Below, one piece after another: positions 1-8,444 of a DNA stretch of 33,488 nt; the first letter of the stretch is position 1, and the number at the start of each line of letters is the position of its first letter. A program made the position numbers and the translations under genes. The notes below the pieces were generated by a model that saw nothing but the letters and a program-made list of their open reading frames with translations, had not been told where the DNA came from and did not search any database. The stretch covers positions 1 to 33,488 of IMG/VR virus record IMGVR_UViG_3300017971_000173, one strand, 5' to 3'. The stretch is from a virus.

Positions 1-1313
1 ACATTACCTATAGTTATTGTTCTTGCTCCTGCAGTACCTAGATTTATATCAAAATTATCAGCATTCGAGCCAATATTTATATTTCCTGCCGAAGAATTTA
101 AATTAAGAAGTCCTGCTGAATCAACAGTAATATCATCTGTAGATGTTAAAGCGAGGTCGCCAGTACCAGAACGAATTGTTGTTGCACTTGCGCCTGTAAG
201 TGATCCTACTACTGTATTATGCGCTGTTGCTGATGCTGCTATATTTGCTGTTCCTGTTCCACAATCTAATGTAAGAGAGCTTGTTCCTGTGGTATTACCT
301 ATAGTTATAGCTTTCTGTGCAGCATCTGCACCAATCGAAATAGCTCCTGTTCCTGTAGCAACTGTAAATACTCCATTTGTACCAGTTACTAACATGCCGG
401 CGGTTCCATAATTTGCAGTTATTCCTCCTGCCGCATTATTAGCAGTTAACGTTATGGCATCAACATTAGCCATGTCAGAGAAAAGTGTTACACCACCAGC
501 TGTAGCAGTCAATATTATAGAATCTGTACTTATTCCCTGTATGTTTTCTAACTCAATAGTTTCATTGGTGCCACCATTAGTGTTTAAGAGAATCGCTTGT
601 GCTACATCTGTATCTGCATTTATAGTACATTCACCCGCAAGCATAGTAAAATCATTCCCAGCAGTTATTGATGTACCAGAATCAACGGAACCAGCCAATG
701 TAATACTATTATCTAGGTTAAACGTAACAACGTTTGCTACTGAACCATCGGTATTAATATTTAGGCCGCCTGTCATGTTTGTTAAACCACCTACCGTAGG
801 AGATACGGGGCCACCAATATCAGTACCAAAAGTTGTGCCTGTAGCACCTGGGTTAGATATCGTAATACTTCCAGCTGCATTAACAATATTAATTCCACCC
901 CCTGCAGTTAAATTTGCCCATGCCGGTGCAGCTACACCAGTTGATGCAATAAGCACCTGACCGTCTGTACCATCAGAAGATGAAAGCAAACCAGTAGCAT
1001 CCGATTGAACTACTCCTAAACCTAGGCCACTTACTGTAAGGGTTGTTCCAATAGTAGCTGCCCCAGTTGTTGTTATTGTGGTAAAGACAGGATTCGCACC
1101 TTGCGAGGTTTGCGTCCATGTTGCATTTATTGGGGAGCCAGATAGCTTTGTAAGCTTATATGCTACATCTGCATTTGTATCAATCCAATCACGCCCCAAG
1201 ACACTAATGTCTGTTGCAAGAGGAGCCCTGGGCATTACAATTGCTTGACTATATATCTTTGCAACCTTGCCAAATTTTGTAAAGACCAGATCTGGACTTT
1301 CTTTAATTGCCAT
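1..1313 (-). CDS. Tail fibre / beta-helix receptor-binding protein, N-terminal 437 codons. The gene wraps the contig junction and continues 33455 down to 32582 (728 aa in total).
   Basis: ATG at 1311-1313 (rc) is preceded by AGGAGA (rc of 1320-1325). I checked every codon of this frame from 1313 down to 3 by hand and found no stop. It is missing from the ORF track only because it runs off the window edge. The frame matches ORF 32582..33118 once the 33-nt overlap is removed. Translation is rich in G/T/S/N/A with repeated ...ITIGN.TG... units (beta-helix-like) and a DGQVLIASTG..P.W module typical of phage fibres. Confidence 0.8.
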   Translation of the reverse strand, partial: MAIKESPDLVFTKFGKVAKIYSQAIVMPRAPLATDISVLGRDWIDTNADVAYKLTKLSGSPINATWTQTSQGANPVFTTITTTGAATIGTTLTVSGLGLGVVQSDATGLLSSSDGTDGQVLIASTGVAAPAWANLTAGGGINIVNAAGSITISNPGATGTTFGTDIGGPVSPTVGGLTNMTGGLNINTDGSVANVVTFNLDNSITLAGSVDSGTSITAGNDFTMLAGECTINADTDVAQAILLNTNGGTNETIELENIQGISTDSIILTATAGGVTLFSDMANVDAITLTANNAAGGITANYGTAGMLVTGTNGVFTVATGTGAISIGADAAQKAITIGNTTGTSSLTLDCGTGTANIAASATAHNTVVGSLTGASATTIRSGTGDLALTSTDDITVDSAGLLNLNSSAGNINIGSNADNFDINLGTAGARTITIGN

Positions 1314-1383
1314 TATTATCTCCTAAAGTTAACTTTAATAATCTTTATTTCAATATACTTTGCTAATAAATTAATATTAATCC

Positions 1384-2982
1384 CTAAAAGCCATAGGGGT
1401 TAAACATAGATTTTGGCTTATGTCCAGAATCTAACATCTGACGAAGTTGTTGAAGTTCACTTCTTAGTTGCTCTGGAAGCTTTTGACCTTCGCGCACAAC
1501 TGCTTCGCCTCCAAGCATACCTCCTGATCCAAGCCCTAAAGAACCAATGCCACCAACGGTTCCCCCTATAATTGCACCCGGAACTCCTCCAACTGCAAGA
1601 CCGGAAAGCAAGCCAGCTCCTGCGCCTCCAAGAACTCCTAATGCACCTCCAACCATTGACCCAGTTGCTCTTTGACCAAATTTCTCCTCTTTTTTTTGAA
1701 GTGTTTTATTTTTCTCTAATTTTTTTGCTGCTTTGCGAACTGTATTGCCATAGTTTTTGTAATATGGTTCCATCTTATCTTCTACTTTATCAAAAAACCC
1801 ATCTACAAACTGTTCATTGTTTTTGCGTCGTATGCCACGTGCAATCTTATATGGCTGCATATCTAATTTTGTTTGAGCAATAAGATATTCTAAGACACGA
1901 GCACGAGCTTCAGGTGATTGATCAATATTTGGAAGAGCCTTTGTAAACTCTCCAAATATTTGTTCAGTCATTCGTCCCTCTCCCTTCATTTTTGAAGGTA
2001 ATCGTTTATATAGATCGGCTGAAAGTTTTTTTTGCTCCTGAGCGTCTAGGGAAAGAAATGATCCTAGATTGAATCCTAGTTTTTTCTCAAAAAAATTAGA
2101 TATAGCATTTAGAGACTGATATCCAAAATCCGTATTTGGATCACTATTCATGTCTCGCATTCTCTCAAGTATTACTAAGTCGCGCTCAAGATCTGCAGAA
2201 TGCTCTCTCATGGCAGCATAATCTTTATAATAAAGATCATTAAGTGCTTTACGCTGTTGCATCTTGCGATTAGTTTTACCTGATTCAAGTTGCTCTTCTA
2301 ATCTTATTTGATCACGCTCATCTTTCCGCTTATCAAGCTCTAATTTATCAAGAGAAACCTGTAATTTTCTGTCTTCAAGTAAAGTATCTTGAACTATTTG
2401 CTTTCTATCTGCTATATGTTTTGCGACTTGCATATATTGTTGCTCACTTAGATTTGAGCTACCTAACCTTGTTTCAAGGTCTGCAATATCATTAAGTTCA
2501 TTAGTTATTGCGATCTTGTCATCTCTTGTCATGCGATCGTCTCTTGGCGCACGAGGTCTTTGTTGTATTGCCTCACCAACTTGTTGTATTTGACCTTCAG
2601 GCATTTGCATCATTTGTTGTTGTTGAGGATCAACACCTAATGCTTCCGGAGTAAATCCATATCCTTCTTGTTGAGGTTGCTGTTGTTGCATACCAGCTCC
2701 AGGGCCCCTCATCACTTTCTGAAATTCAGCTGCCCCTAGACCTTGCATCATTTGCGATAATTGAGACGAAGGAATTTGGGCATACTCAGACAATTGTTGA
2801 TCAGTCATGCCAGGATATCGAGCCTTAATAATTCTTTTATTAGCGTCGAATTCTCTTCTTGTTTTATCTTGCTCTAATTTTGCCCCAAGATAGCCTCCAA
2901 GAATTTGACTTAAGGTTCCCCCTATTGCACCAATAGCTTGGCCTGCAGGGGTAAAGTTTTGAAAATTTGGATCATAAGCCAT
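1384..2982 (-). CDS. Internal virion / ejection protein candidate (third of three, T7 gp16 position). Q-rich with a coiled coil and a C-terminal glycine-zipper hydrophobic segment.
   Basis: 532-aa ORF with SD TAGGAGTAAATAATG. Lies between the nozzle-position gene and the fibres. Poly-Q stretches are present, and the C-terminus reads GGALGVLGGAGAGLLSGLAVGGVPGAIIGGTVGGIGSLGLGSGG. Function is inferred from synteny and composition only. Confidence 0.5.
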   Translation of the reverse strand: MAYDPNFQNFTPAGQAIGAIGGTLSQILGGYLGAKLEQDKTRREFDANKRIIKARYPGMTDQQLSEYAQIPSSQLSQMMQGLGAAEFQKVMRGPGAGMQQQQPQQEGYGFTPEALGVDPQQQQMMQMPEGQIQQVGEAIQQRPRAPRDDRMTRDDKIAITNELNDIADLETRLGSSNLSEQQYMQVAKHIADRKQIVQDTLLEDRKLQVSLDKLELDKRKDERDQIRLEEQLESGKTNRKMQQRKALNDLYYKDYAAMREHSADLERDLVILERMRDMNSDPNTDFGYQSLNAISNFFEKKLGFNLGSFLSLDAQEQKKLSADLYKRLPSKMKGEGRMTEQIFGEFTKALPNIDQSPEARARVLEYLIAQTKLDMQPYKIARGIRRKNNEQFVDGFFDKVEDKMEPYYKNYGNTVRKAAKKLEKNKTLQKKEEKFGQRATGSMVGGALGVLGGAGAGLLSGLAVGGVPGAIIGGTVGGIGSLGLGSGGMLGGEAVVREGQKLPEQLRSELQQLRQMLDSGHKPKSMFNPYGF

Positions 2983-2991
2983 TATTTACTC

Positions 2992-5007
2992 CTAAGTTAC
3001 ACTTAAACTATAATCAGAGGTTGTCAGAGGCGGTCTTGTTGTTGGGTTGACTTGTATTGGGCCCGATGAAGAAGGTTGATTTAGTGCTTGCGTAATTTGT
3101 GATTGTACATACGGTGTGATAGCTTGCTGCACCATGCCCCCAGTTGCCATGAGAGCCTCAGGCACACCAGGTTGCTGTGCTACTCGTTCTATAGGCATTT
3201 GCAATTGTACTTGTTGTCCAGAAAGCGCTTCAAGTTTTGAAAGTTGATTTCTAGCTGCTTGCATTCTAGACCGCTCAACCATTTCCCTACCTTGTAGTTC
3301 TTGCTGTCGAATATTTCTTCCAAACGTTTCTTGTTGCTGCTGACCTTTCAATTGATTAATAGCTGCTTGAATTGACGCATCTGCCGAAAGTGCTTGTTTT
3401 CTTTGTTCAAGCGCCTGTCGTCTACTTCTAGTTTCAGATTTTTTCAACTCTTGCTTTGCAAGTTGTGGTACCATCGTTCCTAACATTTCCTGTGTTAATC
3501 CCCTTGTTACCATCTCAGCAGGAATCTCACGCCCCATAAATTTTGAGGCTTGCTGTTGCAACACAGGTGCAAACTGTTGAATTACCGGGTTAATTGATTG
3601 AGCTGCTAAGCTTCCACCGGGATAATATTGCCCTGAAACTCCAACTTGCGGAGATAATATTCCTAGTCGTTCCCCAAGACTTCTTATAGCTCTATTAATA
3701 CCTAATTCTTCACCAAGACCATATGCAGCTTCTCCAGTTGCAAGAGCTCCTCTTATTTGCTGTGCTCTTCCAGGTTGAGAAAGCCAATCTCCAACACCTC
3801 TTAAGCCTCCCCCAATAGATCTTCTGAGCCCTGACATTCTTCCTGTAGGGCCACGACCTCTAAATAAGCCAAATCCTGTTCTAAGGCTAGATCTTGGATC
3901 TTCTCCAGATATCAATCCAGCTAAACCTCTCTGGCCGCTCCTTAACCAACCCGCAGGTGCACCACCTATCAATTTTCCCAAGGCAGATAATTCTGGATCA
4001 GGTTTCCCAGCTCTACTTAGTGCCGCTTCTAATCCTAAACCTGCAAGAGCTCCCACACCACCACCTATAGCGCTACCAAGCCCTGGTCCCCCTAAAGCAG
4101 TACCTGCAAGTCCTCCTAATGTAGCTCCAGTTTGTGTACCATATGGAGCAAATGCAGCCGCTGCACGTTGAGCCGTTGTTCTTTCTGGGCGTATCCTATT
4201 GATTAATTCATCATATGCAGCAAGCGCAGGACTTTGAGGCTGACCAGCACCAAATCTTTCAACTGGAGGAGCTCCCTGACGGTAGGCTTGCATTCCTGAA
4301 CCTAATAATTCTCCTCCTGCTGTAGTTGCTGCCTCCATTGTTTCAGGACTTATTCGCTGCTGTTGCCCTCGTGTAAATTTGACACCACCCTTCTTTTTTG
4401 GTTGCTCTCTTCTTTGCAATTGAGCAGCTAAACTTTGTGTTAATCCATCCGCTGTTCTCGTTGCTGGTTGCTGAGCGCCACCAGAAGGTATTTCTCTTAT
4501 AATATTTCCAATCTGCTCACCTATAACGTCTAATGGCTGTCTTGGGCCAACTTGTTGTTGAGCCGGTTGTTGTTGAGCCAGTTGTTGTTGAGCCAGTTGT
4601 TGTTGAGCCGGTTGTTGTTGAGCTCCCATAGTAACATCTCTATAGGCTGGCTTGTCTAAAATATCCCTTGATAATTCCTTAACAGCCTCTGCTTGCTGCG
4701 CAGTTTTTAATGTCGTTGTATTCCTTGCCTCTTTAAGTTTGTTATAGATTCCTGCCATGGGACCTTTAGTTCCCTTAGAAAGCGTTATCATGTTTTCTGG
4801 TGTGAAATATTTATTGAAATCTTCAAATACCGCAGCCTCATAATCTCTCATGTCCTTCTCAACAGACGGGTCAGTCGCTGGCCCCTGTGTAATGATTCTT
4901 TCAAGCCTCTTGTTATTCAAATTATAGAAATGCATGAAACTTTTTAAGTTACGAGGACCTACTTTTTTGGGAAACTTTTTAAGTCGAAATCTCTTATATA
5001 CAGCCAT
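2992..5007 (-). CDS. Internal virion / ejection protein candidate (T7 gp15 position), Q/G-rich.
   Basis: 671-aa ORF. Its start overlaps the upstream stop (TAATG at 5005-5009). Contains a (G/P/L)AQQQ x5 pentapeptide repeat and long Gly-rich segments (GGLAGTALGGPGLGSAIGGGVGALAGLGLEA). Synteny-based call. Confidence 0.5.
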   Translation of the reverse strand: MAVYKRFRLKKFPKKVGPRNLKSFMHFYNLNNKRLERIITQGPATDPSVEKDMRDYEAAVFEDFNKYFTPENMITLSKGTKGPMAGIYNKLKEARNTTTLKTAQQAEAVKELSRDILDKPAYRDVTMGAQQQPAQQQLAQQQLAQQQPAQQQVGPRQPLDVIGEQIGNIIREIPSGGAQQPATRTADGLTQSLAAQLQRREQPKKKGGVKFTRGQQQRISPETMEAATTAGGELLGSGMQAYRQGAPPVERFGAGQPQSPALAAYDELINRIRPERTTAQRAAAAFAPYGTQTGATLGGLAGTALGGPGLGSAIGGGVGALAGLGLEAALSRAGKPDPELSALGKLIGGAPAGWLRSGQRGLAGLISGEDPRSSLRTGFGLFRGRGPTGRMSGLRRSIGGGLRGVGDWLSQPGRAQQIRGALATGEAAYGLGEELGINRAIRSLGERLGILSPQVGVSGQYYPGGSLAAQSINPVIQQFAPVLQQQASKFMGREIPAEMVTRGLTQEMLGTMVPQLAKQELKKSETRSRRQALEQRKQALSADASIQAAINQLKGQQQQETFGRNIRQQELQGREMVERSRMQAARNQLSKLEALSGQQVQLQMPIERVAQQPGVPEALMATGGMVQQAITPYVQSQITQALNQPSSSGPIQVNPTTRPPLTTSDYSLSVT
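4552..4626 (-). repeat. Five tandem 15-nt repeats (TTGTTGTTGAGCCNN) encoding (G/P/L)AQQQ x5.
   Basis: Read directly from 4552-4626 inside CDS 2992..5007. Confidence 0.9.
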
Positions 5008-5795
5008 TATATTCCTCCTGATTGAGGTGCCACCTGCATAGTATATGGACTTTGTTGCCCAAGATTAAACTGTCTTATTGCCTGCTGTTGTTGCTCTGCT
5101 CCCATTATATTTGCAAAACCTGCCTGACCAATATTTTGTCGCATTTGACCAAGATAATCAGCTTGCATTCCAAGCTGCTGTTGTTGCCGGAGTTGATTTA
5201 GCATATTCATCAAAGCAGTATTTACCTGCTCACCTTGAGCATTAAGATTTCCAGCTTCAATCTCAGCAATTGCATTTCTGGTTGCAAAATCACCTAGCAA
5301 TTGACCCCTAGATCTTGCCAATCCTGACATTCTATTAGTCAAAGCATCTTTCATCATAGCAAGCTGTCCTGACGTCCTACCAACTGGATTTCTTACAGGT
5401 CCACGCCTTGCTCCTATCTGTGCAAGATCGGATTGGTATCCGGACGTTGCTCCCTGATCCAAAATATTTAATAACGCTGCTAATCCTGTAGCACGTTGCG
5501 GACTTGCTTCTTGACCTATCTGTTGCGGCAAACCTGCTGTAATATCTGCTTGTGGTTGCACCCGTGGAGCTGCCGGAGAAAAAACATCTGGAATAGACCG
5601 CATACCCCTTAGCGACTGCTCAAGAGACTGTTTTCGTAGATCATATTGCTCAGGAGTTATACCCTGTCTTTTAAGAATCTGCTGACGCCTAAGTTCTTGT
5701 GGATTTCTCCATTGCCTCAGTTTTCTTAACCCTAAACCAATGCCTTGAAGAGCTATCGGTAGAGCATTAGCGGCCAAAGCTTGTAGGAATGCCAT
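5007..5795 (-). CDS. Internal virion protein candidate (T7 gp14 position).
   Basis: 262-aa ORF with a hydrophobic N-terminus (MAFLQALAANALPIALQGIGLGL) and a Q-rich body. Translationally coupled to the next gene. Synteny-based call. Confidence 0.45.
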   Translation of the reverse strand: MAFLQALAANALPIALQGIGLGLRKLRQWRNPQELRRQQILKRQGITPEQYDLRKQSLEQSLRGMRSIPDVFSPAAPRVQPQADITAGLPQQIGQEASPQRATGLAALLNILDQGATSGYQSDLAQIGARRGPVRNPVGRTSGQLAMMKDALTNRMSGLARSRGQLLGDFATRNAIAEIEAGNLNAQGEQVNTALMNMLNQLRQQQQLGMQADYLGQMRQNIGQAGFANIMGAEQQQQAIRQFNLGQQSPYTMQVAPQSGGI

Positions 5796-5881
5796 AATAC
5801 TTTCTCCTATATATGATATATATCAATAAATATGTTCATATAAATACTAGTAACGATAATAAAAAAATTAGAGAGGAAATT

Positions 5882-6349
5882 ATGGCACAAGAGATTTTAG
5901 TTTCTGACAATGTTGCATATTCTCAAGATGACAAACAATTATTAAGAAACATCTATCGAAAAACTAACGAGCTCGTATATATCATAAATACTAAAGATAC
6001 GGGTATATTTAATGATGAAGAATTCTTCACATCACAACAATGGTATGTTGGAAAAGATCAAGCAAGACAGCAAATGATATTTAGAAAAGTTATAGAATTT
6101 GGAGCGCTACCAAATACAGGCACTACTAACGTTGCGCATAACCTCAATCCTGGTGGAACGATAAATAATACTTGGGACTTTGTAAAGATATATGGCACAG
6201 CAAAAGACCCAGTAACTCCACAATGGATACGACTTGCACATCCAGCTATAACTATCGTGATAACCAATACTAATGTGAGCATAACAACAACTGCCAATTT
6301 AAGTGCATACACAGAAACTAGAGTAATACTTGAGTATACTAAACCTTAA
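5882..6349 (+). CDS. Hypothetical beta-rich protein; a lone plus-strand gene inside the minus-strand tail module.
   Basis: The track ORF is 5813..6349. The likely start is ATG 5882, preceded by GAGAGGAAATT. 155 aa with a T/N-rich C-terminus (ITIVITNTNVSITTTANLSAYTETRVILEYTKP). Its stop overlaps the stop of convergent gene 6346..7536 by 4 nt. Confidence 0.6.
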   Translation: MAQEILVSDNVAYSQDDKQLLRNIYRKTNELVYIINTKDTGIFNDEEFFTSQQWYVGKDQARQQMIFRKVIEFGALPNTGTTNVAHNLNPGGTINNTWDFVKIYGTAKDPVTPQWIRLAHPAITIVITNTNVSITTTANLSAYTETRVILEYTKP

Positions 6350-7536
6350 AAACTTAATGAGGGTTCTACATCAATCATAATCGCATTAATAGTAAGTTCT
6401 TGATAAGGAATATCATCATCAAGCATATTTTCATCTGAAAATCCCAAAGCTAAAGCAACACTCTCTGCAGATGCTTGAAGAAACACATCATGCCAAAGCC
6501 TCGATTGAGTAGATTCTTTCTCAACTAAAGCATAGGCAACTGTGTCAAGAGTATTATCTCCAAGATAAAAATTGGGAACATCTGCCTGAACAGTAGAGTT
6601 GTTTGGTAGTCCAGCTACTATTACGTTACCGTTAATAGCAGTTCTATTCACATTAAATGAAATTTTGTTAATAGATGTACCATAGCCCTGTGACATATAT
6701 GGATTGAACTGCTTGGTAGTTATTAAAATTAGGTCTATAAGTGCAAGCGTTCCATCTCCTAGGTAGTTACCAACAGTAAGGGTGCCATTATCTGTTATTC
6801 TAACAGTATCACCATCAACCACAGATTGTATTTTATACGAACCATTAAAGTTTACAAGAAGCGAGTTCTCTACTCTGATCCTATTGCTTGTAGTTAATTG
6901 ATGATTGTATACTTTAAGGTCTACATTATTTGCATCAAATCTTGTCATACTAATAATACTTTGCGAAGCATTATTCTTATAAGCGTTCGAATTAAACAAA
7001 AATGTATACCCCCTATGATTCCCTAACAATACCTTCGGTTGAACTATTAGACTTCCACTTGGACGATTATATATTGTTCCAAGTGCGGTATACAAGTCTA
7101 AAATCAGACTAAAAGTATTATTGCGAAAATTATATGCCAATAATCTGTTGCCATAAATATTATTAAGAGTGGTTGACATTAAAACATATATGAATTCATC
7201 TGCAGAATCTTTATAGATAGTTCCAAACCTATATTCATATGTATCATAATCATCATCAAGAGCTATACTCATCTTGTTAACATTTCTACCGTCATAAAAA
7301 TAAAAGCCAAAGTTATTAGCAAACATAAGCATATTATTGACTTCCACAACTTCGGTAGATCTGTTACCGTGCGTATCATCCACTAGGGCAATCTGGAATG
7401 GTTCTCTATAATTACCTGTAGGTACTAACTCATATATAGCATCAAGTCCAAATACTATTAACCTTCCATCAAGTATTTCTGCATTTCGTATTATTGTTCC
7501 CGCAGGAAGATCTACAAAACCCCCCTTGTTGCTCAC
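6346..7536 (-). CDS. Tail nozzle-position protein (T7 gp12 position), downstream part. Opens at GTG with no SD, in frame with 7552..8436.
   Basis: 396-codon ORF whose first codon is GTG (rc of 7534-7536). It has the same frame as the upstream ORF and is separated from it by TAG plus 15 nt. No AGGAG-like motif occurs in the 30 nt upstream. Beta-rich sequence (GRLIVFGLDAIYELVPTGNYREPF...). Confidence 0.5.
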   Translation of the reverse strand: MSNKGGFVDLPAGTIIRNAEILDGRLIVFGLDAIYELVPTGNYREPFQIALVDDTHGNRSTEVVEVNNMLMFANNFGFYFYDGRNVNKMSIALDDDYDTYEYRFGTIYKDSADEFIYVLMSTTLNNIYGNRLLAYNFRNNTFSLILDLYTALGTIYNRPSGSLIVQPKVLLGNHRGYTFLFNSNAYKNNASQSIISMTRFDANNVDLKVYNHQLTTSNRIRVENSLLVNFNGSYKIQSVVDGDTVRITDNGTLTVGNYLGDGTLALIDLILITTKQFNPYMSQGYGTSINKISFNVNRTAINGNVIVAGLPNNSTVQADVPNFYLGDNTLDTVAYALVEKESTQSRLWHDVFLQASAESVALALGFSDENMLDDDIPYQELTINAIMIDVEPSLSF

Positions 7537-7551
7537 ATCTGGTGGAGAATA

Positions 7552-8436
7552 CTATGAGTCTACAGAGAATGCATCTCCAAATGCACTATATCGTATGCGG
7601 TTTGGGTGTATTATTGCGTCAGCTGGATTCCCCTCTCTTTCTGTAGTATTAAGCAATAACAGTCTTTGTTGGAAATTAATAACATATCTACATCTTCTTA
7701 CATTAAAGTTTGCAACTGCTGATGTAGCAGGAAGCAGGTTTGTAAATACGGGTGTTGTAGAAGTATAATATCTCAAGCTATTATCACTTTTTGCTGCAAC
7801 TATTAATGCGGATTCACCTGATGTAGCACTCTGAAAGTTAACCCAACTAATGCGTTGCTCATCTGCTAATGTAAATAATCCAGCACCGCCAGTCACATAC
7901 TCCCAACCTCCAGTCGCACTATCATATTTATACGCGCGTTGACGATCAAACGCGAATTCAAGATTTCCTCCAGAAGAAAGATTATAGGTTGCAAATCCAA
8001 TAACTGGCATACATGGATACCAATATACAGTTGCACCAACAGGCGCCCCCGTAATATCTACTGTTCCAACACCCGCAACTATATTAAAATTTCCCGTTGC
8101 TCCCGCAGGAGATACACTCATGGCGCCAACCGCCTGATATGATGTAAATATTGTATTCCCTACAGAAAATTGTTGCCCAACCTCTGCAACCCCAGGCACT
8201 ATTGTGGCAGCTAGGTTTCCAGTTACGGGATCTGTGGTACCTATATTAACCCTAAGCCGTGAGGTTAAACCTCTTGCATCTGTATCATCTAAAAACCTTG
8301 CTGCAGGCCTACGCTTAATTTTACCCTCATATATAACCATATTGTTAAGAACTTGAAAAGCATCATCTGGAATCAAAAACTGTACAAAGTCTGTCTTGAG
8401 TCCATGATTGAATGGCGCTATGAGTATCTTATCCAT
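7552..8436 (-). CDS. Tail nozzle-position protein, upstream part (ends at the in-frame TAG 7552-7554).
   Basis: 294-aa ORF with ATG 8436 and SD TAGGAGGTAACATG. Together with 6346..7536 it would give about 696 codons, the size expected for a podovirus nozzle between an adaptor-position gene and the internal core genes. Confidence 0.5.
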   Translation of the reverse strand: MDKILIAPFNHGLKTDFVQFLIPDDAFQVLNNMVIYEGKIKRRPAARFLDDTDARGLTSRLRVNIGTTDPVTGNLAATIVPGVAEVGQQFSVGNTIFTSYQAVGAMSVSPAGATGNFNIVAGVGTVDITGAPVGATVYWYPCMPVIGFATYNLSSGGNLEFAFDRQRAYKYDSATGGWEYVTGGAGLFTLADEQRISWVNFQSATSGESALIVAAKSDNSLRYYTSTTPVFTNLLPATSAVANFNVRRCRYVINFQQRLLLLNTTEREGNPADAIIHPNRIRYSAFGDAFSVDS

Positions 8437-8444
8437 GTTACCTC

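Noticed and set aside
454-960. 168-aa plus-strand ORF at the start of the window.
   Set aside because: It is a shadow of the minus-strand fibre gene, which is open across 3..1313 with a proper SD and ATG. The plus-strand ORF has an odd low-complexity translation and no RBS.
7552-7554. Global TAG (amber) reassignment, as in recoded phages.
   Set aside because: TAG terminates many other well-delimited genes here, often directly followed by the next gene's SD and ATG. No suppressor tRNA gene is present. Only this one gene is interrupted.
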